Source of the DNA: Acidimicrobiales bacterium
GTDB taxonomy: Bacteria; Actinomycetota; Acidimicrobiia; Acidimicrobiales; JAUJNH01
NCBI GenBank assembly: GCA_038253125.1
Contig: JBBSHM010000001.1
Coordinates: forward strand, 28,094 to 92,093
DNA: 64,000 bases
Direction: 5' to 3'
In this document: piece after piece, positions 35,426-44,646 of the stretch
Position numbering within the stretch: position 1 is the stretch's first letter
Layout: every line of letters begins with the position of its first letter
The notes under the pieces: model-generated
Seen by the model: only the letters and a program-made list of their open reading frames with translations
What the model was told of the DNA's origin: nothing
Database searches by the model: none
Translations under genes and position numbers: made by a program

Positions 35426-36415
35426 ATGGAGATCACCCCGAAGCGGACGCTGCAGGTCTATTCCGGACGTGCCCACCTGCCGTTGGCCGAGCGGGTGGTC
35501 GAGAACCTCGGCATCCACCTCGGCGAGGCCAACCTCGTCGACTTCCAGAGCGGCGAGCTGCGCTGCCGCCTGGGCGACAACGTGCGGGGGGCCGACGTCT
35601 TCATCCTCCAGACCCACGCCGACACGCCCGAGCAGTCCGTGAACGACGCGATCATGGAGCAGCTCATCATGATCGACGCGGCCAAGAGGGCGTCGGCCAA
35701 GCGGATCACCGCGGTGATGCCCTACTACGGCTACGCCCGCCAGGACCGCAAGTCCAAGGGTCGCGAGCCGATCACCGCCAAGCTGGTGGCCGACCTGTTC
35801 ACCGCGGCCGGCGCCGACCGTCTCATGTCGGTCGACCTGCACTCCAGCCAGATCCAGGGGTTCTTCGACGGCCCCGTCGACCACCTCACCGCCTCCACCG
35901 TCCTGCTCGACCACCTGAGGGACACCGCCCCGGGCGACTACGTGATCGTGGCCCCCGACACCGGCCGCACCAAGGTGGCCGAGCAGGCCGCCAAGCGGGT
36001 GGGGGTCGACATGGCCGCGGTCTACAAGCGGCGCGACACCGACGTCCTCGGAGCGGTCGAGGCCCGGGGTGTGATGGGCGAGGAGGCGGTGGCCGGCAAG
36101 CTGTGCGTGGTGATCGACGACATGATCGACACCGCGGCCACCATCTGCGCGGCCGCCGACGTGCTGGTCGACCGCGGCGCCACCGCGGTGTGGGCCATGG
36201 CCACCCACGGCGTGCTGTCGGGTCCGGCCATCGACCGGCTGAAGAACTCCCAGATCGCCAAGCTGGTGGTCACCGACACCCTCCCCATCCCGAGCGAGAA
36301 GCAACTGCAGATACTTGACGTGGTGTCCGTCGCCCCCCTCCTGGCGGCGGCCATCGACGCGGTGTTCGAAGACCGGTCGGTCAGCGAGATCTTCGGCGGA
36401 AACAACCAGTCCTGA
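35426..36415 (+). CDS. prs: ribose-phosphate pyrophosphokinase
   Basis: FQSGELRCRLGDNVRGADVFILQ, YYGYARQDRK, VVIDDMIDTAATI, ATHGVLSGPA. Confidence 0.9.
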   Translation: MEITPKRTLQVYSGRAHLPLAERVVENLGIHLGEANLVDFQSGELRCRLGDNVRGADVFILQTHADTPEQSVNDAIMEQLIMIDAAKRASAKRITAVMPYYGYARQDRKSKGREPITAKLVADLFTAAGADRLMSVDLHSSQIQGFFDGPVDHLTASTVLLDHLRDTAPGDYVIVAPDTGRTKVAEQAAKRVGVDMAAVYKRRDTDVLGAVEARGVMGEEAVAGKLCVVIDDMIDTAATICAAADVLVDRGATAVWAMATHGVLSGPAIDRLKNSQIAKLVVTDTLPIPSEKQLQILDVVSVAPLLAAAIDAVFEDRSVSEIFGGNNQS

Positions 36416-36487
36416 CCCGCTGCTAGCGTCGCGTGGTCCTCTGCGCACTTGTGGCGCGTCCCCTTCCACCCCAGGAGCTGCTCAGCC

Positions 36488-37135
36488 ATGTCGTCCCGCC
36501 TCGTCACCGAGACCGGCCGCACCCTCGGGTCCCGGTCCACCAGGCGGCTGCGAACCACCGGGAAGATCCCCGGCGTCCTGTACGGCCTCGGTGTAGAGCC
36601 CACGCCGCTGGCCGTCGACGCCCGTGAGCTGCGGGCTGCGCTGCGGGGCGATCACGGCACCAATGCCGTGCTCACCCTCGACGTCGACGGCACCGAGCAC
36701 GTGGCCATGGCCCGCGACATCCAGCGCCACGTCACCCGGGGCACCGTCTCCCACGTCGACTTCATCGTCGTCGACCGCAACGTCTCGGTCAGCGCCGACG
36801 TGCCCGTCCTCCTCGTCGGCGAGAGCGACCTCGGCGGCTCGGCCATGGTCGACGTCGTCGTCTCCTCGCTCACGATCAGCGCTAAGCCCGAGTCGATCCC
36901 GGCTTCCATCGAGGTCGACCAGTCCAGCCTCAAGCTGGGCAGCCAGGTGCTGGTGAAGGACCTGGCCCTGCCCGATGGCGTCACCACCGACATCGATCCC
37001 GAAGAGGTCGTCGTGCGGGTCACGGTGTCCGACGCCACCGCCGAGATGGAGGCCATCGACGAGGAGGCAGCCGAGGGCGAGGCCGGCGCCGAGGGCGATG
37101 CCGAAGCCACTCCGGGCGAGGACGAAGGGGCCTAG
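36488..37135 (+). CDS. rplY: 50S ribosomal protein L25/general stress protein Ctc
   Basis: GSRSTRRLRTTGKIPGVLYG, RDIQRHVTRGTVSHVDF, acidic C-terminal tail. ATG 36488 is preceded by caggag. Confidence 0.9.
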   Translation: MSSRLVTETGRTLGSRSTRRLRTTGKIPGVLYGLGVEPTPLAVDARELRAALRGDHGTNAVLTLDVDGTEHVAMARDIQRHVTRGTVSHVDFIVVDRNVSVSADVPVLLVGESDLGGSAMVDVVVSSLTISAKPESIPASIEVDQSSLKLGSQVLVKDLALPDGVTTDIDPEEVVVRVTVSDATAEMEAIDEEAAEGEAGAEGDAEATPGEDEGA

Positions 37136-37140
37136 CCGCT

Positions 37141-37716
37141 CTGCCGGCCGACCTGCTGGCGGTCGGTCTCGGGAACCCGGGGCCGGAGTACGAGGGCACC
37201 CGCCACAACGTGGGTGCCGAGGTCGTCGCCCTTCTGGCGTCGCGAGCCGGCGAGCGCCTGAAGCGCGGGCGGGAGCTGGCTCTTGTGGCTGAGGTCAGCC
37301 TCGGCGACCGCCGCCTGGCCCTGGCCTTCCCGCAGACCTTCATGAACGAGTCGGGCCAGTCGGTGCAGGCCCTGGTCCGCCGCCACGAGCTGGGGCTGGA
37401 CAGGCTCGTGGTGGTCCACGACGAGCTCGACCTGCCGACCGGGCGGGTGAAGGTGAAGGTGGGCGGCGGCCTGGCCGGCCACAACGGGCTGAAGAGCTTG
37501 AAGGCCCACCTGCGCGACGATGGCTTCATGCGGGTGCGGGTCGGGATCGGGAGGCCCTCAGGCCGGGTGCCCGGCGTCGAGTACGTGCTGAAGCGTCCCG
37601 GCAAGGCCGAGCGGGCCGAGCTGGCGGTGGGCATCGAGGAGGCGGCCGATGCCGTTGAGCTGATCCTGGCCGAGGGTGTCGACGCCGCCATGTGCCGGAT
37701 GAACGGCTCGACATGA
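37141..37716 (+). CDS. pth: peptidyl-tRNA hydrolase
   Basis: LLAVGLGNPGPEYEGTRHNVG, FPQTFMNESGQSV, VVHDELDLPTGRVKVKVGGGLAGHNGLKS. The conserved N-terminus lies upstream of the first ATG/GTG/TTG (GTG 37210), so the start is placed at CTG 37141. Confidence 0.85.
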   Translation: MPADLLAVGLGNPGPEYEGTRHNVGAEVVALLASRAGERLKRGRELALVAEVSLGDRRLALAFPQTFMNESGQSVQALVRRHELGLDRLVVVHDELDLPTGRVKVKVGGGLAGHNGLKSLKAHLRDDGFMRVRVGIGRPSGRVPGVEYVLKRPGKAERAELAVGIEEAADAVELILAEGVDAAMCRMNGST

Positions 37717-38885
37717 TGGACCGGCGCCACGCCCGTCACCTCCGGCATCGGAGCAGGCGGACGATGCTCGTGGTGGTGGTGGCCGTGGCCGTTCTCGCGT
37801 CGGCATCGGGCGCCGCCCTCCTTCGGGTGGCCCGGCACCATGCCAAGGTCAACGTGACGGTCCTGGTCGGAGGCGTGCCCCGGACGGTGATGCTGGCGAA
37901 GCCGGCCACGGTGAACACCGCGGTGAAGGCGGCGGGCATCGTCCCCCGCCCAGGGCGGCTGCTGTCGCTCGTCACCCACAAGGTGCTGGACCCGGCGGTG
38001 AAGCCGGTGACGTTCCTCGTCAACGGCCAGCCTGCCCCGCCCGAGTCGGTGCTGGCCGCCGGTGCCACCGTCGGCCTGATCGAGCCGCCCGACGTGGACG
38101 AGGAGGCCGTCGCCGGCCAGGGCCAGCTCCCGGCTCCTCCCGAGCCTGAGGTGATCAGGGGCCTGTGGCATCCGGGCCGCCCCGGCCAGGCCATCAGCAG
38201 AAAGGGGGCCGTCAGCGGCGAGGTGCTCACCCAGAAGGAGTTGCAGCCACCGGTGCCGCCGGCCCCGGTCACCGAGAAGCTTGTGGCCCTCACCTTTGAC
38301 GACGGACCGTGGCCCACCACCCCCGAGGTCCTGCGGATCCTCAAGGACAAGAACGTGAAGGCCACCTTCTGCGTCATCACCCGTCAGCTGGTGGGGGCAC
38401 GACTGGACTTCGCCAAGGCCGAGCTGGCCGACGGGCACCACCTGTGCAACCACAGCGTGGATCACGACCTGAAGCTGCCCAGCAAGCCCCAGAAGGTGAT
38501 CGACGACGAGATCATCGGCGCCAACCGGCAGCTGGACGAGCGGCTGGCGCTGAAGCCGACCTACTTTCGTCCGCCGGGCGGAGCGCTCGGTCCCGCCGTG
38601 GTGGCCACGGCCAAGGCGCAGGGCCAGCAGGTGCTGCTGTGGACCGTCGACACCAAGGACTACACCAAGCCGCCTCCCGAGGCCATCGTCGGCGCGGTGA
38701 TGGGCCAGGTCCAGCCGGGCGGCGTGATCCTCATGCACGACGGGGGTGGCGACCGCGGCGCCACCATCGCCGCCCTCCCGATCATCATCGACCAGCTGCG
38801 GGCCGCCGGCTACGAGATCGTGCTGCCCGACGAGATCGCTCCGGTCGCCGCGGCACCCGTCAGGCCAACGAGCCCGACGGCTTAA
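37713..38885 (+). CDS. membrane-anchored polysaccharide deacetylase (NodB domain)
   Basis: ATGA overlap with the pth stop. TM helix MLVVVVAVAVLASASGAAL. NodB motifs VALTFDDGPWPTT and HSVDH. Confidence 0.8.
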   Translation: MMDRRHARHLRHRSRRTMLVVVVAVAVLASASGAALLRVARHHAKVNVTVLVGGVPRTVMLAKPATVNTAVKAAGIVPRPGRLLSLVTHKVLDPAVKPVTFLVNGQPAPPESVLAAGATVGLIEPPDVDEEAVAGQGQLPAPPEPEVIRGLWHPGRPGQAISRKGAVSGEVLTQKELQPPVPPAPVTEKLVALTFDDGPWPTTPEVLRILKDKNVKATFCVITRQLVGARLDFAKAELADGHHLCNHSVDHDLKLPSKPQKVIDDEIIGANRQLDERLALKPTYFRPPGGALGPAVVATAKAQGQQVLLWTVDTKDYTKPPPEAIVGAVMGQVQPGGVILMHDGGGDRGATIAALPIIIDQLRAAGYEIVLPDEIAPVAAAPVRPTSPTA

Positions 38886-38915
38886 GCCTCTTCAACCGGT
38901 AGCCTTCCCCGCCTC

Positions 38916-41900
38916 GTGGCGCTCGACCGGCTGCTCTCCTCGGGGCGCGTCCTGGCCCCCCTGCTTCCGGCCGCCGGGGCGTCGGCCGCGGTCATGTCGG
39001 TGCCCGACGCCGCCCGGCCCTTCGTGGTCGCCTCGCTGGCCGGCATCGGCCACGGCCGCCCCGTGGTGGCCGTCACCCCCACCCAGGCCGACGCCGAGCA
39101 CCTGGCTCACGATGTCGCCGCCTTTCTTGGAGCCGACGCCGTCTCCACGTTCCCGGGGTGGGAGACGCTGCCCTTCGAGCGGATCAGCCCGGCGGTCGAG
39201 ACCATGGGTCGCCGGCTCGAGGCGGTGTGGCGGCTGCGCCACGACCCTCCGAAGGTGCTGGTGGCCGCCGTGCGGGCCCTTGTCCAACGCCTCGGCCCGC
39301 ACGTCGAGGATGCGGAGCCGATCCTGGTTCGCCCGGGCCAGCGCCTCGACCTGGACGAGCTGATGGCCCGCCTCGTGCGCATGGGCTACCGGCGGGAGCA
39401 CCAGGTCGAGCACCGGGGCGAGGTCGCCGTCCGGGGCTCGATCGTGGACGTGTTCAGCTCCACCGGAGACGTCCCCGTGCGCATCGACCTGTGGGGCGAC
39501 GAGGTGGACCGGCTCACCGCCTTCGACGTGGCCGATCAGCGGTCGAAGGGGGATCTGGCCGAGGTCTGCATCTTCGGCGCCCGGGAGCTGGTGCCTACCG
39601 ACGAGGTGCGGGCGCGGGCCCGGGCTCTGATCAGCCGCGAGCCGTGGGGTCGGGAGCAGTGGGAGCGGCTGTCCGAGGGTCTTGTGTTCGAGGGCATGGA
39701 GTCGTGGCTGCCGTGGCTGACCGCCGAAGACGCCGCCGGCCCGGGGGGCGCAGCGCCGCACGCGCTGCCCGACCTCCTGCCGGCAACAAGCCTGGTCCTG
39801 CTGTTCGAGCCCCGCAGGCTGCGGGACCGGGCCGCCGAGGTGCTGGACGAGGAGCAGGCGCTGGCCGCCTCGCTGGCCACCACCTGGGGCGTGCCCGGCG
39901 GAGACCTGCCCCGGCTCCACCTGCGGTTCGAGCGACTGCTGGCCAACTCCAGCGCGCCGGTGTGGACGGTCTCCTCGGTTCCCGCCCCGCCGGGCGGTGG
40001 CGACGCCGAGGTGACGAGGTTCGAAGCCTCGGCCTGGGAGCCCGTCGCCGGTGATCCCGATGCCATCGTCCGCCACATCGGGCGCCTGCTGGCCGCCCGC
40101 TACCGCATCGTGGTGGCCGCCGACGGCGGCGGCACCGCCGCCCGCCTGGGCCGCAGCCTGGCCGACGCCGGGATCGACGCTCCGCTCCGCCGGCTGGACG
40201 ACCCGGCGCTGGCGCTCCCCGGCATCAGCGTCGTCGTCGAGCCGCTTGACCGCGGGGTGGTGCTGCCGGCCCTCAAGCTGGCGATCCTGGCCGAGCCGGA
40301 CCTGACCGGCCGCCGCCGGGCCCACCGCAAGGTTCGTGCCCGCCCCCGTTCCACCGAGGGCTTCTTCGACGCCCTGGAGCCCGGCGACCACGTCGTGCAC
40401 CACCACCACGGGGTCGGCCGGTACAAGGCGATGGTGCGCCGGGCCCTGATGGGCGGACCCGAGCGCGACTACCTCGTCATCGAGTACCGCGACGGCAGCC
40501 TCCACCTCCCCTCCGACCAGATCGATCTGATCCGGCCCTACTCGGGCGGAGAGCAGCCGTCGCTCAACCGGATGGGCGGCTCCGACTGGTCGAAGACAAA
40601 GGCCCGGGTCCGCTCCGCCGCCCGGGAGATCGCCCAGGAGCTGGTGGTGCTCTACCAGCGGAGGCTGCAGACCCCCGGCTTCGCCTTTTCGCCTGACACC
40701 CCATGGCAGAAGGAGCTTGAGGACGCCTTTCCGTTCACCGAGACCCCCGACCAGGACAAGGCGATCGCCGAGACCAAGGCCGACATGGAGGAGCCCCGGC
40801 CGATGGACCGGCTGGTGTGCGGCGACGTCGGCTTCGGCAAGACCGAGGTCGCCATCCGGGCCGCCATGAAGGCGGTGCAGGATGGCAAGCAGGTGTGCGT
40901 GCTGGTGCCGACCACTCTGCTCGCCAACCAGCACCACATGACCTTCTCCGACCGCTTTGCCGGGTTTCCGGTGCGGGTGGAGGTCTTCTCCCGCTTCCTC
41001 ACCGCCGCCCAGGCCCGCAAGGTGCAGCAGGCCGTCGCCGCCGGCGAGGTTGACATCGTGATCGGCACCCACAAGCTGCTGGCCAAGGAGGTGACGTTCA
41101 AGGACCTCGGGCTGCTCGTGATCGACGAGGAGCAGCGCTTCGGGGTCACCCACAAGGAGCAGATGAAGCACCTGCGGGCCAACGTCGACGTGCTGACCCT
41201 GACGGCCACGCCGATTCCCCGCACCCTGGAGATGAGCCTCACCGGCATACGGGACCTGACCCTGCTGAACACCCCGCCGGCCGAGCGCAAGCCGATCCTC
41301 ACCTATGTCGGCGAGACCGACGAGCGGGCCGTGGCCGAGGCCATTCGGCGCGAGCTGCTGCGCGAGGGCCAGGTGTTCTTCGTGCACAACCGCGTTCAGG
41401 ACATCCAGCGGGTGGCGGTCTCGCTGCGCGAGCTGGTGCCGGAGGCCAGGATCCTGGTGGCCCACGGCCAGATGGACGAGGGCAGCCTGGAGCAGGTCGT
41501 CTTCGACTTCTCCGAGGGCAAGGCTGACGTGCTCGTGTGCACCACGATCATCGAGTCGGGCATCGACATGCCGACGGTGAACACCCTCGTCGTCGACCGT
41601 GCCGACCTGCTCGGCCTGGGCCAGCTGCACCAGATCCGGGGCCGGGTGGGGCGGTCGGGGCAACGGGCGTACGCCTACCTGTTCCACCCCCGGGACAAGG
41701 TGCTCACCGAGGAGGCCTACGAGCGGCTGAAGACCATCGGAGAGCACACCGAGCTCGGCAGCGGCTTCAAGATCGCCATGCGCGACCTTGAGATCCGCGG
41801 CGCCGGGAACCTGCTGGGCGGCAACCAGAGCGGCCACATAGCCGCCGTCGGCTACGACCTGTACGTGCAGATGGTGAGCGAGGCGGTGGCCGAGCTAAAG

Positions 41901-42413
41901 GGTGAGGTGCCGAAGGTCCCGGCCGAGGTGAAGCTGGAGGTGCCGGTGGACGCCAACCTGCCGACGAGCTACATAGCCCGCGACGACGTGCGCCTGGAGG
42001 CATATCGCCGGCTGGCGTCGGTCACCGACGACGCCCAGGTCGATGACATCCGAGCCGAGTGGGAAGATCGTTTCGGTCCTCTGCCGCCAGCCGCCGAGGG
42101 ACTGGTGGCCGTGGGTCGGCTGCGGGCCGAGGGCTTCCGCACCGGGGTGCGCGAGGTGGTGGTGGCCAAGGGGGCGGCGGGCGGCATCGTCGGCCCCACC
42201 GTGCGCATCGCGCCCATCCAGCTGAGGACCAGCCAGCAGCTGCGCCTGCGCCGCCTCCACCCCAAGGCGGTGTGGAAGGAGGAGAGCGGACAGATGGTCG
42301 TCCCCCTGCCGAAGAAGGTGGAGGGCCTCGACCTGTGCCTGTGGATCATCGACCTGCTCCGCACGCTGATCCCGGTCGAGGCCGTGGCCGCCACGGCCGC
42401 CGCCTCGTCGTGA
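38916..42413 (+). CDS. mfd: transcription-repair coupling factor
   Basis: 1165 aa. Contains HGVGRY, METPDQ-like TETPDQDKAI, Walker A GDVGFGKTEVA, DEEQRFGV, LTLTATPIPRTL, QLHQIRGRVGRS. Confidence 0.95.
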   Translation: MALDRLLSSGRVLAPLLPAAGASAAVMSVPDAARPFVVASLAGIGHGRPVVAVTPTQADAEHLAHDVAAFLGADAVSTFPGWETLPFERISPAVETMGRRLEAVWRLRHDPPKVLVAAVRALVQRLGPHVEDAEPILVRPGQRLDLDELMARLVRMGYRREHQVEHRGEVAVRGSIVDVFSSTGDVPVRIDLWGDEVDRLTAFDVADQRSKGDLAEVCIFGARELVPTDEVRARARALISREPWGREQWERLSEGLVFEGMESWLPWLTAEDAAGPGGAAPHALPDLLPATSLVLLFEPRRLRDRAAEVLDEEQALAASLATTWGVPGGDLPRLHLRFERLLANSSAPVWTVSSVPAPPGGGDAEVTRFEASAWEPVAGDPDAIVRHIGRLLAARYRIVVAADGGGTAARLGRSLADAGIDAPLRRLDDPALALPGISVVVEPLDRGVVLPALKLAILAEPDLTGRRRAHRKVRARPRSTEGFFDALEPGDHVVHHHHGVGRYKAMVRRALMGGPERDYLVIEYRDGSLHLPSDQIDLIRPYSGGEQPSLNRMGGSDWSKTKARVRSAAREIAQELVVLYQRRLQTPGFAFSPDTPWQKELEDAFPFTETPDQDKAIAETKADMEEPRPMDRLVCGDVGFGKTEVAIRAAMKAVQDGKQVCVLVPTTLLANQHHMTFSDRFAGFPVRVEVFSRFLTAAQARKVQQAVAAGEVDIVIGTHKLLAKEVTFKDLGLLVIDEEQRFGVTHKEQMKHLRANVDVLTLTATPIPRTLEMSLTGIRDLTLLNTPPAERKPILTYVGETDERAVAEAIRRELLREGQVFFVHNRVQDIQRVAVSLRELVPEARILVAHGQMDEGSLEQVVFDFSEGKADVLVCTTIIESGIDMPTVNTLVVDRADLLGLGQLHQIRGRVGRSGQRAYAYLFHPRDKVLTEEAYERLKTIGEHTELGSGFKIAMRDLEIRGAGNLLGGNQSGHIAAVGYDLYVQMVSEAVAELKGEVPKVPAEVKLEVPVDANLPTSYIARDDVRLEAYRRLASVTDDAQVDDIRAEWEDRFGPLPPAAEGLVAVGRLRAEGFRTGVREVVVAKGAAGGIVGPTVRIAPIQLRTSQQLRLRRLHPKAVWKEESGQMVVPLPKKVEGLDLCLWIIDLLRTLIPVEAVAATAAASS

Positions 42414-43723
42414 CGCCGGCCCCGGCGGTGGGCACGCTCGGGACGGTCGTGGTCGTCGGGCTCGGACCGGCCGGTCCCGACTTGCTCTCCGCCGCCGCCC
42501 ACGCCGCGTTCGCCGCCGTCGATCCGCCGGCCCGCATGCTGCGCACGTCCCGCCACCCTTCTGCGGCGGCCGTCGGGGCGGGGTCCACCTTCGACCACCG
42601 CTACGAGTCGGCCACGACGATGGACGAGGTCTATGGCGGTATCGTCGATGACCTGGTGGCCGCCGCCGCCCGGTGGGGCCGGGTGGTGTACGGCGTGCCC
42701 GGCTCGCCCCTGGTGGCCGAGCGCACCGTCGAGCTCCTGCGGGTGCGGGCATCACAGGGCGACATCGCCCTGGAGGTGGTGCCGGCGCTCAGCTTCCTGG
42801 ACCTAGCTTGGGTCCGGCTCCGGATCGATCCCGTGGCTGCCGGGGTGCGCCTGGTGGACGGCAGCCGCTTCGCCGTCGAGGCCGCTGGCGAGCGCGGTCC
42901 TCTGCTGGTGTCCCAGACCGACTCGTCGTTCACGCTGTCCGAGGTGAAGCTGGCGGTCGAGGACGGTCCGGTGGTCACCGTGCTGCAGCGCCTCGGCCTG
43001 CCCGACGAACGGGTCGTCGAGGTGGCCTGGGCCGACCTCGATCGTGAGGTCGAAGCGGACCACCTGACGACGCTGTGGGTGCCGAGGCTGACTGCTCCCG
43101 TCGGAGCCGAGCTGCAGCGCCTCAGCGCCACCGTGCGCTCCCTGCGGGAGCGCTGCCCGTGGGACCGCGAGCAGAGCCACCAGAGCCTCACCCGTTACGC
43201 CGTCGAGGAGGTGCACGAGGTGGTCGAGGCCATCGACGCCCTGGGCGACGACCCCGGCGCCGACGAGATCGACGCCCTGTGCGACGAGCTCGGCGACCTG
43301 CTGTTCCAGGTCTTCCTGCACGCCGCCATCGCCGAGCAGGCCTGCTGGTTCAGCCTGGCCGACGTCGCCGCCGGCGTCGATGCCAAGCTGGTGCGCCGCC
43401 ACCCGCACGTGTTCGCCGGCCTCGCCGTCACCGACGCGGACGAGGTGGTGCGCAACTGGGACGCCCAGAAGCGGATCGAGCGGCCCGAGCGCACCGGGCC
43501 GCTGGACGGGATCCCCGCCGGGCTGCCGGCGCTCCAGCTGGCCACCAAGGTGCTGCGCCGCGCTGGTGCCCTCTCGGGCGGTGCAGGCCCGAAGAACGGC
43601 GGCCCGAAGAGCAAGGAGGAGGAGGCCGGCGAGGAGCTGCTCGAGGCGGTTCGGCGCCTGGGCGGCGGCGGCGTCGACCTCGAAGCCGCCCTGCGCCGAG
43701 CGGTGCGCCGCCACTTCGGCTGA
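42410..43723 (+). CDS. mazG: MazG-family NTP pyrophosphohydrolase with N-terminal tetrapyrrole-methylase-like domain (YabN-type)
   Basis: GTGA overlap with the mfd stop. N-terminal VVVVGLGPAGPDLL...VYGVPGSPLVAE. MazG core LRERCPWDREQSHQSLTRYAVEEVHEVVEAI...ELGDLLFQV. Confidence 0.85.
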   Translation: MTPAPAVGTLGTVVVVGLGPAGPDLLSAAAHAAFAAVDPPARMLRTSRHPSAAAVGAGSTFDHRYESATTMDEVYGGIVDDLVAAAARWGRVVYGVPGSPLVAERTVELLRVRASQGDIALEVVPALSFLDLAWVRLRIDPVAAGVRLVDGSRFAVEAAGERGPLLVSQTDSSFTLSEVKLAVEDGPVVTVLQRLGLPDERVVEVAWADLDREVEADHLTTLWVPRLTAPVGAELQRLSATVRSLRERCPWDREQSHQSLTRYAVEEVHEVVEAIDALGDDPGADEIDALCDELGDLLFQVFLHAAIAEQACWFSLADVAAGVDAKLVRRHPHVFAGLAVTDADEVVRNWDAQKRIERPERTGPLDGIPAGLPALQLATKVLRRAGALSGGAGPKNGGPKSKEEEAGEELLEAVRRLGGGGVDLEAALRRAVRRHFG

Positions 43724-43773
43724 CCGGTCGGTAGCGTGCCGACCAGCCCGCCCGCCCTACCAGGAGGCCACCA

Positions 43774-44004
43774 GTGACAGACCCAGCGTGGGACGTGCAG
43801 GAGGTGGGCATCTGGTACGACATCACGGCCCGCGCCACCTGCCCGCGCTGCGGGCAGGCCTTCGAGGAGCGGTCGCAGCGGCGCCGGGCGGCCGGCCGGC
43901 CTGACACCCCGCCGCTCGAGCTGCGGGTGGTCGACGCGACCGGCGTCGAGCTGGTGGCGCCAGGCATGTTCCTGCCGATCGCCACCCACCGCTGCCCGGG
44001 GTAG
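43774..44004 (+). CDS. small hypothetical protein with CxxC...HxC motif (76 aa)
   Basis: GTG start preceded by aggagg at proper spacing. Contains CPRCG and HRCPG. No family recognised. Confidence 0.5.
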   Translation: MTDPAWDVQEVGIWYDITARATCPRCGQAFEERSQRRRAAGRPDTPPLELRVVDATGVELVAPGMFLPIATHRCPG

Positions 44005-44091
44005 CACCGAAGGAGCTTGGGAAGGTTCTGGCTGCTGTCAGCGTCAGAGTGGCGTGGGTCCACCAACTTCACCTGCCGGTTCGGATTGACT

Positions 44092-44646
44092 GTGAACGTG
44101 GCGACGGCGCCGGCTCGGCTGGGCAACCTCGAACAGGCGCGAGGCGGCGACCACCGCGCCTTCTGCGTGCTCCTGCGCAGGCAGGACGAACGGATGCGGG
44201 GCCTGGCCTGGAAGCTGCTGGGTGACACCGAGCGCATGGACGACGCCCTCCAGGAGGCGTACCTGAAGGCATGGAGGTCGATCGGCGGCTTCCGGGCGGA
44301 CGCTGACTTCGGCACCTGGCTGTACCGGATCACCTACAACGCCTGCATGGATGAGCTGCGCCGCGGAGCCGCCCGCCCGGCGCCGCACGCCTGGCACGAC
44401 ACCGCCGACCAGCCGGCGGTGTTCGGGTCGGGTCCCGAGGCGACCGTGGTGGCCTCCGACTGGGTCTCCCGCCTGCTTGCCTCGCTGCCCGCCGACCAGC
44501 GGGCTGCGGTCGTCCTTGTCGACGGCGAGGGCTTCGACAACAAGGCGGCGGCCGACATCTTGGGCGTCGCCGTCGGCACCGTGGCCTCCCGCCTGTCCCG
44601 AGCCCGGGCCACGCTGCGGGCCGGCCGCCACGAGGAGGACCGATGA
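44092..44646 (+). CDS. ECF-type RNA polymerase sigma-70 factor
   Basis: Region 2: DDALQEAYLKAWRSIGGFRADADFGTWLYRITYNACMDELRR. Region 4: LPADQRAAVVLVDGEGFDNKAAADILGVAVGTVASRLSRAR. Start uncertain (TTG 44017, TTG 44086, GTG 44092 or GTG 44098). Confidence 0.8.
   Translation: MNVATAPARLGNLEQARGGDHRAFCVLLRRQDERMRGLAWKLLGDTERMDDALQEAYLKAWRSIGGFRADADFGTWLYRITYNACMDELRRGAARPAPHAWHDTADQPAVFGSGPEATVVASDWVSRLLASLPADQRAAVVLVDGEGFDNKAAADILGVAVGTVASRLSRARATLRAGRHEEDR

Noticed and set aside
42059-42409. N-terminal extensions of mazG (42059), tatD (30400), the sigma gene (52157) and prs (35360) as given by the ORF track.
   Set aside because: The extensions overlap the preceding genes out of frame and are Arg/Gly/Pro-rich. 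Internal starts with stop/start overlaps (GTGA/ATGA) or RBS-like sequences match the conserved N-termini.
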